Of a stretch of DNA of 64,000 nucleotides, positions 52,260 to 64,000 are shown in pieces. The notes under the pieces were generated by a model that saw only the letters and a program-made list of their open reading frames with translations, was not told the DNA's origin and ran no database searches. The stretch is from positions 94,862,001-94,926,000 of the forward strand of contig NC_087437.1 of assembly GCF_036321535.1 (NCBI RefSeq). Direction: 5' to 3'. This DNA is from Camelus dromedarius (taxonomy: Eukaryota). A program made the position numbers and the translations under genes. The first letter of the stretch is position 1. Every line of letters starts with the position of its first letter.

Positions 52260-53100
52260 ATGTGAATGATAAATACTTATTTAGCATCTTGTTACATACC
52301 AGGCACTATTCTAGGCTCTGGAGAGCATTACTTAAAAAAAAAAATCAAGAATTCTTGGGGGGAGGGTATAGCTCAGTGATAGAGCGCGTGCTTCGCATGC
52401 ATGAGGTCCCAGGTTCAATCCCCAGTGCCTCCATCGAAAATAAATAAATAACCTAATCCCCTCCCCCAAAAGAATTATTGTCCTTGTAGAGCTTACCTTC
52501 TAGTGATGTGGAGAGGAAGTGACAAAAAATAACAATATATACACAAATTGACTTTAAATTTCAAAGCAAGGTAGAATGTGGTAAGTGTCATGGAAATAAA
52601 ATTTGACTGGGGTAAAAGAGGTGGGGTATGATGGGGTGTGTTACAATTTTAAATGAGGTGTCCGATTTGTGAAAGTGCTAGTTGAACAAAAACGTGAAGG
52701 GTTCAAGATGTACAGCTTTCTGGGGGAACGTGTTCTAACAGAGGGAACTTGCAAGGTGTTTGAGAAACACTAAGACCAGTAGGCATTTGCAGAAAGAACA
52801 AAGGGAGGAGGATAGGGAATGAGATCAGAGCAGGTGCCAGGCTGTGAATGTCCTTGCAGGTCACTATAAGAACTTTCTTTAATTCTGAAATAAAAGAGGG
52901 AACATTGAATAGCTCTTTGCAGAACAGAAGCATGACTTAACTCATATTTTGATGGAATCGTTGAAGATGTTGTTTTGAACAAGGGGCTAGAGAGAGCAAG
53001 AGTAAATGGGAAAAGCAGTTGAAGCTACCGCAATGATGCAGGCAAGTGATGATGGTGGGCGGGACCAGGGTGACAGTGGTGGTGGAGGAGGAGTGAAGTA
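52260..53100 (-). mobile_element. L2 fragment hosting a Vic-1 SINE
   Basis: ccaggcactattctaggctctggaga...gagcttaccttctagtg...caggcaagtgatgatggtgg...ccagggtgacagtggtggtggagg. Confidence 0.8.
52357..52469 (+). mobile_element. tRNA-derived camelid SINE (Vic-1 type)
   Basis: ggggagggtatagctcagtgatagagcgcgtgcttcgcatgcatgaggtcccaggttcaatccccagtgcctcc; A box 52369-52379, B box 52412-52422; TSD aagaattctt (52347-52356) / aagaattatt (52470-52479). Confidence 0.93.
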
Positions 53101-54165
53101 CGTGTGTTCTGGTCACACTGGAGTGATGGCGGCAATGTGATTCTGTGCTGTCATCATGTAATCGTGAGACTGGTCGCCGGATGTCAGGTGATGTGAACCG
53201 CTGCTCTAAGTGTCCTTCAAACACGCATCCCTCTGATGGCTTTCCTTCTAAAGAGACTGTGCTATGTTCTACTGAAACCACACATTAGTACTACAATTTT
53301 TTACTCTTTGATGTTGTCTGCATTTATGGAAGACCATGAAGAGACCCTTTTACTGAATTTGTTAAAGGATTTATACTAGAGCTGCTTCTTTAACAATCTA
53401 TACTCTGTAGTGTTGAAGTCTCTTTGGCTCTTTGTTTTATTTTTCCCACCCTTGGAGACCACTGTAAAAATATTAAATGTGGCAGAACCAAATGGTACCA
53501 CTGGAGAATATCATCATGATCTCCTAAAACAATGCCATACAGTGTCTTCTAAGAATGCTTTGCATTGCAGGGCTGGATCTTAGTGGCATACTTCTGCAAT
53601 ATAATCAGCCGTGTCATTACCAGGCTAATGCAGTGTGAATCCCTGAAAACTGTGCTTTCAATATGCCTTGAGGATTTGGAGCCAGGGGATAGAGGAGAAT
53701 AAGCCTCGTAATGGCATCTGTTCATCTGTCTGAACTGCGCAAACAAGTGCCGAACTTTTCCTATACAGGATTCTTTCCTTTAAGACTTCGTGAAAGAAAG
53801 ACCTTCTAGAATATGAATCCCAGGATGCAAAGTAACTGATACAAAACACTTTAAGAGGGCTTGGGATCATCTATTTAAAGAATGTATACACATTTGTTCC
53901 AGAAATTTGGGTCATGTTCAGTATTTTACCAGTGACTCATGATGTACATGACCTGCAATGCCCAAGTTTCTCTTTATTTTACTTTGTTTTTTAGAACCTC
54001 AGGCTTTCTGCTAATAATGTATGTCTGATCATATTAAACTAAATGTAATATTAATAAGCTTTTTAGGAAGACAGGGTTTCACAGATACTAAAACTATTTT
54101 GAGCTAATCCCATTGTGAATGAAAGTATTTTACTGAAGAAATTTATAAAATCCTAATGCCGTTAC
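53100..54165 (+). other. Unidentified gene-like segment, possibly a degenerate retrocopy
   Basis: L2 similarity stops abruptly at ~53100; CpG-containing start with gtgATGGCGGCA; 128 codons with a single TAG in frame +1 (53197-53580). Confidence 0.35.
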
Positions 54166-54717
54166 TGTGAACCCTGGGATTTAAGATAGATAGATAGGAT
54201 AAATAATTGATTGATGTTTGATGCATAAAGAAAAAGGCACACACATCTTTTTCTTTCACTTCACTTGTGATAATGCTATTTCAAGTAGAGGGTGTTTTAT
54301 GAACATACAAAGATTAAGGCAAAAATGTCAGCGAAGGACATTCCTCTACCCACATTTACTACTCCTGGTTCCACCCTAGTTCAGCCTTCAGTTTAATTCT
54401 AAATCATTAGTGCCACACATTCCTGGCCCTTATTCTTCTTTTCTCCTACTCTTCAATTCTTGGCAACTTTTTGTATGCTATTTCTTCCAGGCTGTTCAGG
54501 TATTTTTCGTGACCTATTGAAATACATTCTTAACAAGACCTTGCCTGGAGTGGCTAGCTTTGGCAAATGATCAGGGAACTTTCCTCAGATTTTGCTGTTT
54601 AAGAAGTAGGAAATGATTCCAGTGCCTGTTACAAACTAGAATATATTGAGAGGTAAATATCATTGTCAAGATGCTAAAACATGCCACTTATCTTCCTCCT
54701 ACAAAACAGTAGTAAAA

Positions 54718-54973
54718 CAGACCCACAGATAAAGAAAACAAACTAGTGGTACCAAAGGAGAGAGGGGCAAAATGGGGGCGGGGGAGAATTAAGAGACACA
54801 AAGCACTGTATATAAAGTAGCTAAGCAGCAAGGATATATTTCATAGCACAGGGAATTATAGCCATTATGTTGTAATAACTTTAATGGAGTATAATGCTTA
54901 AAAATACTGAGTCACTGTGCTATACACCTGAAGCTAATATTGCAAATCAATTATACTTCAATAAAAACAAGCA
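54718..54973 (+). mobile_element. 5'-truncated L1 3'UTR
   Basis: acagacccacagataaagaaaacaaact...atagcacagggaattatagcc...tgctatacacctgaa...tatacttcaataaaaa; TSD aaaacagtagtaaaa (54703-54717) / aaagcagtagcaaaa (54974-54988). Confidence 0.88.
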
Positions 54974-56185
54974 AAAGCAGTAGCAAAATAAATATATTTG
55001 AGAAAAAGAAATAAATTGTTTAAATAAATTTATTTTTCCTTCATTAAAGTTACCTCCACCATGGCTGTGTTGGGAAGTATGTCTGTCTCCATGTGGGTCA
55101 CCAAAGGCCAAACCTACCATTTTGAAACTGTGGGACTCTTGGACTCTGCAGAGGCATTTTCCATTACCTCAGGAGGCAGTGGGTGCCTGTGGGTGCTAAG
55201 TTAGGGACAGAAGGTCTGGGAGCAATAGGGACTTCAGGCAATTGCCTACCAGGGGCCAGGAAGGCAGCAATGCTTCTAGAAGCTAGCTCTGTCTTACAGA
55301 GTCCTAATACAAGCTCATGAATAAATGAATTTTAAAGTGCTTATCTTTCTAAAATTAGTAAAAAACAAAATAAATTTAAAGATATTTAAAGATGTGTAGA
55401 AAATCATGGTGTAAAAATGAAACATAGCAATAATTTCCTGTGTAGCTTATTTCTTTAATGTATTAGAAGACAGCTCACATTTACTCTATCAAAGACCTTT
55501 TTTCCTGCAAAAATCTTTACCTGTGTGTAGAGATTATTTTTCCAAAGAACAGCGCAGCAAACTTATCCTCCATACAAATGTATATGCTAATTATTATTTG
55601 GGTTTATTCTGGTGTCTTTAAGCTTTTATTTTTTTAAAAAAGTAATGTGTTTAAGAAAACTTTGTTAATGATGCTATTTGGGGATATTCACTCACACCAA
55701 AAACATAAACTTAACTTGTCTTAGCAAATCACCAAATTTCTTTCTTCCACAAAAATATTTTGGCAATGTGGAAGGAGATGTCGCAGTCAGGATCACAGAG
55801 TGGCTCCTTCCTGCACGGATGCCAGCTTGTTGACTTGGCAGGCAGCCTTGGTCAAGACATACAACCATCCTTCTGCCATTTGTTAAATTTGCATAATTGA
55901 GGACCAATTATACATGGTATTGTTTTGTAGCTGGCTCCTCAGCTGGCTTTCCCTTATTATGGTTTCATGCCACTTTCCCATTTTGATTACCAAAATTGGC
56001 TTTGACTTTTTGTCATTCTAATGAGGAGGTTAAAAGAAGAGCATATCTATCAGAATGATACACAATTACTGAACTTGAAAAAATGATCTCATGAATTAAA
56101 TATATTTAGTGGCTATTTTTACTAAATTCCTTTGATGTAAACAGTAAAAATGGCTTAGAGTAACATTATATGTTACCTACTAGAT

Positions 56186-56204
56186 GTGTGTGTGTGTGTG
56201 TGTG
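56186..56204. repeat. (TG)n microsatellite
   Basis: Direct reading. Confidence 0.95.
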
Positions 56205-56959
56205 AAATAGAGAGATTCAGTCAGTGAACGGCTTTTAATTAAAGGAATGAAGCTGTTTAGACAGTTTGGTATTATCAAGTGCTTTTAATTTTCCATTAGT
56301 TTGAAGTATGTATTATGTGATCATTCTTTTAATATTTCTCACGATTATGCCGTCATTCCACACTGTGATCATTGTGTGATCACATAAGGTTTCTGAAAGT
56401 AACAACAGTCTATCTGGACAACTAGTTGCCTTACATAATAGGCTAGCCAATCAAGTGAAAGTCAGAAAAATCCTAGGGTGTCAGCTTTAAATGTTACAGG
56501 TTTCTACTGCACTACAGTCACAGCTAAAGTCAGTTAACAGTTCCCTTTACAACTGCTGCTGACAGTGTTTCTGAAGTGTTTATAGAATCTACAATATGCC
56601 CTTAGCACTGAACTTTTGACGGCTACCTATGAAGACACCGGTATGTACTAACGAGAAATTATGAGCTAATAATCATTCACTTCCAATGAGAACTTTTGAA
56701 AGCATGGAAATCCTTTATTTAAAAAGAGGATTTTTAAAGCCTTACAAAATTTTATTGAAATTGGCATTGATAAATTGTATCTTAATTAAGGGACCTTACT
56801 GGAAAAAATTTAATGTATATTTGATATTCATGCTGCAAACTACATATATATGTTACTTAATTTGCAAAAGAGATACACACACACAGAATAAAATTGTGAA
56901 TATGAATACTTGAGTAACTATCATCACTTAATGTACAATATTGCTAGTAACCTTAAATT

Positions 56960-57400
56960 TGTCAAAGGAGTCTATAAATAAGAGTGGCCTCAAACTGATT
57001 TAAGCTAAAAAGGGAATATTTTGCATCACATATGGCCAGCTTAAAAATATGTCTTCAGGGGTTAGTTACTCCCTATCTCTCGACATCCTTTTATGTGCTA
57101 TATTTTTTCTCAAACACTATAAAGTTGCCAGAGTACATCTAGCCTTTATATCCACTCAAATTTGAGCACAACAGGAAACAATTTCCTTTCCAGAAAATTC
57201 AGTAAAAGCCTCACCATGCTTCACTGGCTTTGATTGGTGGCATGCACATCTGTCAACCACTCACTGTGGTCAAGAAATGCAAAGCTGATGGCCAGACACA
57301 AATCAAGTGCCCATCCCTGCACCAGGAATATGAGCATCATTACAGTACATAGAAGGCATGAATAGTACCAGCCATTAGGTGAGAGGACATTTCCTCATGG
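56960..57400. mobile_element. Old MaLR LTR (MLT1J/K-like)
   Basis: ctcaaactgatttaagctaaaagggaat...ttcactggctttgattgg...aaccactcactgtggtcaag...gtgcccatccctg. Confidence 0.6.
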
Positions 57401-58169
57401 TGACTGAAGGGCTTGACCTGGACTGAATGAAAGGAATATTGATTTGCGCGTTGGCAATCAGAGCAACAGTAAATCTTAAGGTTAGTAGACCTGGTCACTT
57501 ATACAACTGTACCCTTTCACTTCCAGTCAATAAATGGCAGCCCCTTTCAAATACTGGATTGGAGCATAAAGATTTATAATTATATCAGCATATCTGTTGG
57601 ACACCTATACTATTGTAGACAACTGGCAAAAGTAAAAGTGTCTCTTGATGCCTAAATTCCTCTAGAACAGTTGAGTGAAAATTCTCATATAAAAACCCTA
57701 CTGATGCTTCAAACTTCATAGGATAGGAATTTAGAAGAGTCTAAGAACAATTTAAATGATTCAAGTGGTAGTTTACCCTTTGGAAATTAAATTACATATG
57801 GTTCTGACAACAATCCCACGAGGTAGAACAAGAACATTTTTTTTCTATTTGACAGTAACCTAGGGTTCAGAGGATAAATGGCTTACTAGGGTTGTGTATC
57901 TGTGACACGTTAGATCTTGGACAATAAATTACATCTTATGATACTAAATCAAGTTTGCCAATACTCTACTTTGTCTTTCAAAATGATATCAATTTTGGTG
58001 AATGAGGCGAGGGATAATGTTTCTTCCAAACATATTTCTTATTTTCAACTCCAATTTAATTGTGTATTGATGTCTTCATTTCAAACAAGTGAATGGCACA
58101 TGATCTATATTTAATAACTAATTTTGAATACATGGATGGATGAGAAAATTTAAATGTGGAGACTACTTT

Positions 58170-59410
58170 CTATAATATCTTCACAACCAAAACAGCAGCT
58201 TCACATGGTAGCATACCAGAAGAAATTAATATTGGTAAATAAATGTAGGCAGCAGAATCACATGTTAAACACAGTAGAGGCACAGAGTGGAGTTGGTTTA
58301 TGAGTAAACAGAGTAATGCAATAAAATAGATTGCATTTGAAACATGGGGAAAAGGTAGATTTTTCATCAAATAGTGTTGCGGCAAGGTATTTAATATTTT
58401 AAAAAAATAAAGATGAGCTTCCCCTCACTCTTTATTACAAAGCATATTTCAAACAGCCCCAAACTTAAACAATAACAATTAAAAGAAGTAAATGTCTAGA
58501 AAATATTTAAGAGAATGGTTAATAACTTGGAGTAAGGATTCTATTTTTGAGAGAGATAGAAAACCCAGAAGTATTAAATTATTAAATGTGTTACAACATA
58601 AGATATAAACATTCACATAAAGATAGCATTACAAAAATATAAAAGGCTAATTAGAAAATATTTGTAGCAAATAGTACAGAAGATAGTAATGTACATGTTA
58701 AAAACTATTATATGTGTAAGTTATAACAATATATGATACGTTTTGTTATTAATATATAAATGAATAACAAAAAATCCAAAAACTCAATGGAACATTTTGC
58801 AAACTATTTGGACAGGTAGATCATAGGAAAAGATGAAAAATGCTCAATTTTATTCACAATCCACTAGATTGCAACATCAGTGAGATCTCATTTTTCAACT
58901 ATAACGTAACTAAAATTCTGGTGGTGTTAAGAGTATTGGGATAATATGCTCTCATAAATCTTGGTAGAAATGTAAAAGATGAATACTCTAACTTAGCTTT
59001 TAATTTTTTGAAATGAAATTGCAAACGTACTCACATAATTATAAAACTACTTATATATAAATACGTTCATTCGAGCATTGTCTACTAACTGGAAGCAAGG
59101 ATCAGTTAAATGAATTGTGCTAGACCCATATAACGGACCCTATGAAAATAAATTAAGTAAAAATATGTGGGCTGATGTGAAACATCATCCAAAATGCATT
59201 GTTAAAGAGGAAAACAAGTGAAATTTAGAAAATGTGCTTGTGTGCCCTTATTGGTTTTAAAAAGCAGATGAGCATGGAGTATTTCCCAAAGGGACTGCAA
59301 CAGTCATTGTTACATCTGTGGTTATCCTGATTATTCACTCATAGTTTTTAAAAATCTTTGTCTTGTGCATATATGTCTTTTTCAAATTAGTAGAACTACT
59401 TTTTAAAATA
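58170..59410 (+). mobile_element. Old L1ME-type ORF2/3'UTR fragments
   Basis: catggggaaaaggtagatttttcatcaaatagtgttg..., aaactcaatggaa...gcaaactatttggacagg, aaaaatgctcaatt. Confidence 0.7.
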
Positions 59411-60599
59411 AATAATTTGGCCAAAAATAAACTCACATTCCTTTTATCGTGCACTTACAACTCTTTTCCAAGAATGTAATTTACTCTTAGCTCCATCCTA
59501 AACTTTCCTTTAAATAATTTTAAAAGTGTGATAAAGAAATGAGCTAGGTTTAAACTGCTGATAGCACCAACTACTTGAACAATATGGTTGTTTGATTTTT
59601 TTTTTCCCTTATAACTCATCCTTAGACAGATCTCTCGCCTGAGCTGAGTTCTGCAGGCAAGACCACACGGTCTCATTACTGAATGCCCAGTTGATTTTTA
59701 AACAAGGATCTGTAACTGGTGCGCCAGCTTCCGCCACTCTGCTTCAGTTCCCACTGCTCATCAATAAACCATGATGTGCTACACAGAACCCTGTGCCTTG
59801 GGGCCAGCCTGTCAATGATGGTGGACCATAAAAAATTATATGTGTTCACCAAATCATAGTAGAGAAAATCCAGGGACAAAGCTGAAAAAAAAAATTTCCC
59901 CAGAGGACTTAAAAGCAGCAACAAAATAAACAAAGAGAAAGAAAAATAGCAGGTCCAATATGAACATAAAAATATACACACAGTTTTAAAGGGTGATAAT
60001 GAAAATGAATATTGGGGGTTGGGCGTGCAGTTTTCTGCATTTCCCGTGAGCATGAACAGCAGAGAAGCAAAGTCTGAAGCATGTTCTTTGAATGAATCTA
60101 TAACCAGATCATGCTTCCTGTCTCTAAGTAGATGATCGTGGTGATGTTAGGGCTTTAGAATTCTAAGAAGCTTAGAAAGTAAAGGAATCTGTAAGTATCC
60201 TAATTAGTAGTTCAGCAACCCCAACAGTTTAGTTTCCTTGTTTAATCAAGAAAGTCACATATAGTTATGCACCTGACTATATATTACTTCTTAAGTATAG
60301 AAGTTAATTGTGTAGTTTTTAACTTACGTTTTTTAACAATCTATCTTGTATTTCCATCCTTTCCCTAAGTTTTTCAATTATATCTTTTGTCCAGACCATC
60401 CCACATAAAGTATTACTCAAGAGGCAATTAGAAAATGTTTTCTGATCAGATAGATAATATTTTACCAACATAACCTCATTGAATTGCTGCTAGATAAGGA
60501 AAAAATGCTAAACTCTACAAACTGAAGTAAAAGTGTGCAAAAAGTGAATAATTTTTCTTTAAAATCATATACTTTAATAGAATCTATTTTCATGTCACA

Positions 60600-61100
60600 T
60601 GGTTGATGAACATTTATCGGTCACTTACTAGGTAATAATATGAAGCATGTGAGGGGTATCCGAGTAAAGAGGTTCCTGTACTTGAAGACTGTACTTAATA
60701 GTCAATGGATATTTACAATGCCTAGAGCGGATTATCCAGGGCATCACCTTTATAATAGCTGTTGGTCTAGCCCGCCTTGGGTTGGCTATGGAGAGAACAA
60801 CTCATTCCATGTAGGGGTTAGAAGGAAGTAGTGAAGCAAAGCTAGGCAGGATGAACAGAATCCCATCAAAAACATGAGTTAAAAGGTGTTTCGAGGAGCA
60901 TGAATAGGATAGGCAAAGCAATAAAGGTGTCTGTGGTTGATCGGAGCACAGTAAGTAACTGTAGCTGGTACCAAGCGTGTTTAGGAGTCAGTGACCATCC
61001 AGGAAAGCTGGCCGTAGCCAAATCATCCAAAGCCTTTTACACCTGGCTGAGAAACAACATTAATTCTGAGGACATTCAGGATTGTAAATTGTGAAGTGAG
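60600..61100 (-). mobile_element. L2 fragment
   Basis: aacatttatcggtcacttacta...cctgtacttgaagactgtacttaatagt; degenerate antisense L2. Confidence 0.5.
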
Positions 61101-61224
61101 CTAGCCTGTGTGCACTTGTTACTCCCAGAATCACGGGGAATGATAGACTGTGGTGTGAGCTGGAGTCAAGGTTGGAAATGCTGACAGCCTGGCTCACAGG
61201 CATTTGTGGAAGGCAGTTTGGCTA

Positions 61225-61420
61225 CAGCCTGGGACTCTGGTTTGAGTTCTGACCCTGTCACTTTCTAAAAGCTGTGCAACCTTGACAGTCTTTTATCTTC
61301 TGGAGCCTCTGTCTCTTCGCTCGTAAAATGGGAGTAACATCTGGACCTGCCTTTTAGGAGTAACTGAGACAATGCATGGAAAACGCCAGACACAGTTCAT
61401 GCGTGCTACATACTCAACTG
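61225..61420 (+). mobile_element. MIR
   Basis: gctgtgcaaccttgaca...gagcctctgtctcttcgctcgtaaaatgggagtaa...tgagacaatgcatggaaa. Confidence 0.75.
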
Positions 61421-63769
61421 CAGCGGAGAAGAGAGACTGGCCTCCCTAGCTTGCTATTAATTGAGAAAGACAACATCTCCCACTCCAGATAGGTATATCC
61501 TTGACTGTTTAAAGAAAATATTGGATTTATTAAGTAATTTTAGGCAAAAAAAAAAAAAAAAAAAACATTATCTTTGGAAAAATGTTCTCCTTTACAGATA
61601 TTCATGTATTTGACGTAAATGTTTTAATATTTGTTGACTATTCTGATTCCAAGAAGTAAATGCAGTTTTCTACAGGAATAAGTACTTACTTCCCATATAC
61701 CTGTATTGACTTTTATACAGACAACTTTTGCCTCCTTCTACAGAAGATGCCCTATTTTCTTTTCTTCACCACACATGACTTAGCGAGCAATAAAGCAAGT
61801 TGGAAAAAAAAGATCCTTTAAAATCTGCCTTGTGCATTGTGCCACTCAGTGTTGAAGATGTGGCTGGAGTCCCCTATCTTTGTTTGTGAACCACATGCAT
61901 CACTGGCAGTGGGAGTCACTGTGTCCTTTGAGAGGCACTCATGTGTACGCATCTGAGCAGAGATGTACTCAAGTCTATTTTCACCTTTGTCTTCGGAGCA
62001 GCTGTCACAGAATTCAACTACAGAAAATGGAGAACAATTTAAAAAGTGGGAGGTGATTACTATTTTATTCCTCTTACATACTTTTGTGCTAATAAACTGA
62101 TTGCACACATAAATTGTTACAGTCGAAGCAGTTTTCAGCTTTAACATAAATGTTTAAGGAATAGACTGTTAAAAGCTTACTTTTGAAAACCTCAAATGGA
62201 ATTTATTTTCTAAACGTTATTCAGCTTAGTTACAGGATTCATCAAAATATGTTATTTTAAACTCATCTCTTTTTTTTTCCACAAAATTCAATGGCAATAC
62301 CAGTTGCTTAGGAAAAATAAAACTGCCTATGGAAAAGATGGCCATGTGAATTAATGCTGAAATCAGAAAGAGGCTGATATCTGCATCAGGGGACAATATT
62401 TTAAGAATTCATGAATTTCGCTTTACTTATTCATTTGCAAAGGTTAAATGTGAGTTGTTTTATGCAATACTTTCTGCTTTGATCAGTCTCGAGGGACTAT
62501 GTTGACTGATCTCATCTCCTTCATGTGAAATGCAATCCAGAAAAACAAAGGGAAAAAAAAAACCAAAAAACTTCTCTGGCCAAGATATGTAACTGTGGTC
62601 AATGTGAAGTAAAAACGTATCTATCTGAAATTGCTTTTGAAATGCAAAGTACCGTTTCATTTATGGCTGACCTTACATGATCTCAGTGACCATGATCTGA
62701 GATGATGGTGCTGTGTGATAGAAGGACCATTAAAGATTCTAAAGATTTTCATTCCAGTGCAGGTTTGCCATTTTTTATCAGTATTATGTGTTTTGAAAGC
62801 ACTATGCATTCAACAAATGTTTACTCTGAACACACAATGTGTCTAGAAAGTTTGAGGTGCTGAGGAACAAGGTAACTAAAGTCCGCCATCTCATTGGCCT
62901 TAAATTTTAGTGAAGGAAACAGAAAAAGAAAATTGTAAAGTCAAGATCATTTTAGGTGATGATGATGCTAGGGGATGTGACTAGGGTGGGTTTTTAGATG
63001 CAGCCTCTCTAAGGAGGTGCTGTTTGATTATGTCCTTGGATGGCTCACCTAGCTTAGTGGGACCACTTAGTAAGAAATAAAGTGGACAAAATAGCAATTG
63101 CCATGAAGAGCACATAGAATGTTTTTAAGGAGAAAATATGATATATAAATATATGAATTTAAAAACTTAATATATTTATATATTATTTATAGCCCAAATA
63201 AATATTATATAATATATATTCATTCAAATAAATGAATATGTAAAGAGCTATAGAAATAAAACATAGTACTATTAAGCAGAAAAGCAGATCTCTAGAAGAG
63301 GAACTCAATTTTTCTTTTTTGTCAAATTGTTATTCCTTTTGCCATCATCTGTAATAAGCCTTTAGAGCAACATGTTAAATCACAAAGTGGTCTCCCTTCT
63401 CTAATCTGGGTTAAGAATGTGAGTTCTGGATTCAAGGAACAGAAGTTGAAATCAGAGCCTGACTGATTATTATCTGTGCACCCTTGGGTGTTAAGTTCTT
63501 TGCAGCACTTGCTGGAAGAGTCCTTGAATTACAGTGCTTTAAGAGCTTAAAACACAGTTAGAGCATGCTCAGAGTTAGCACAAAATAAAATGATTTGTTC
63601 TTCTTATTTTTGCTATTGTTGAAATTTTAGTGATGGAGACCCACACATCTGCTCCCTGATAAAAATTAGGAAAAAGAGATGGAGTTTTAACTACTTGATG
63701 CCACGTGGTTCTACTAAGAGGAAATCTTGAGCCTGAATTAGCCTTTTTCCTGCATTTTGCTTTCCAAAT

Positions 63770-64000
63770 CTGTAAGATGTGAGTTACAAAATGGCATCAC
63801 TGCCACCACCTATCCGCTGTCAAAGCAGGCACATTCGTCCTCCACCCTCCACCTGAGAGCCAGGCTAGTATTTTTAAAATATAAATTGGATTCTGCCCTT
63901 CCAAATGCCCTCCAGTGCACTTAGAAGACAATCAAAACTTTTACAGAGGTCTGCGTAGAGCTGCGTCCTCTGGCTTTTGCCAGACTTGACCCTTACTGAC
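63770..64000 (+). mobile_element. L2 fragment, truncated by the window end
   Basis: gagagccaggctagtatttttaaaatataaattggatt...cacttagaagacaatcaaaact. Confidence 0.6.

Noticed and set aside
52357..52436. tRNA-Ala-like gene
   Set aside because: It carries the SINE tail and a TSD, and a second diverged copy is in the window; it is a tRNA-derived SINE.
62481..62511. gatcagtc...gactgatc hairpin as a pre-miRNA
   Set aside because: Only an 8-bp stem; it does not extend to miRNA precursor length.
1..64000. Prokaryote-type systems (CRISPR array, operons, rRNA) or an intact ERV
   Set aside because: No regularly spaced repeats, no gene-dense ORFs, and no recognisable rRNA or gag/pol/env; the sequence is mammalian repeat-rich DNA.

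Overview
Mammalian, AT-rich, repeat-dense genomic DNA from an intergenic region or a very large intron. Two tRNA-derived Vic-1-type SINEs, with no Alu, Bov-tA or PRE-1 SINEs seen, point to a camelid. I cannot support any intact protein-coding gene. The listed ORFs are L1 ORF1/ORF2 remnants, antisense repeat translations, microsatellite artefacts or chance ORFs. The window holds several L1 insertions: two are 5'-inverted (twin-priming type), one of them nested in an older near-full-length L1 that has lost about 1.9 kb of ORF2. It also holds L2, MIR, MaLR LTRs, hAT fossils (Arthur1, MER3) and microsatellites. The most unusual item is a ~630 bp CpG-island-like insert at 6407-7037. It has an exact 11-bp target-site duplication, AATAAA and a poly(A) tail, and looks like a young L1-mediated retrocopy of an unspliced, apparently non-coding promoter-proximal RNA. 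A second, unidentified ~1 kb gene-like segment appears to interrupt an L2 at about 53100-54165. Repeat family names come from recognising consensus motifs by eye, and the boundaries of old repeats are approximate.
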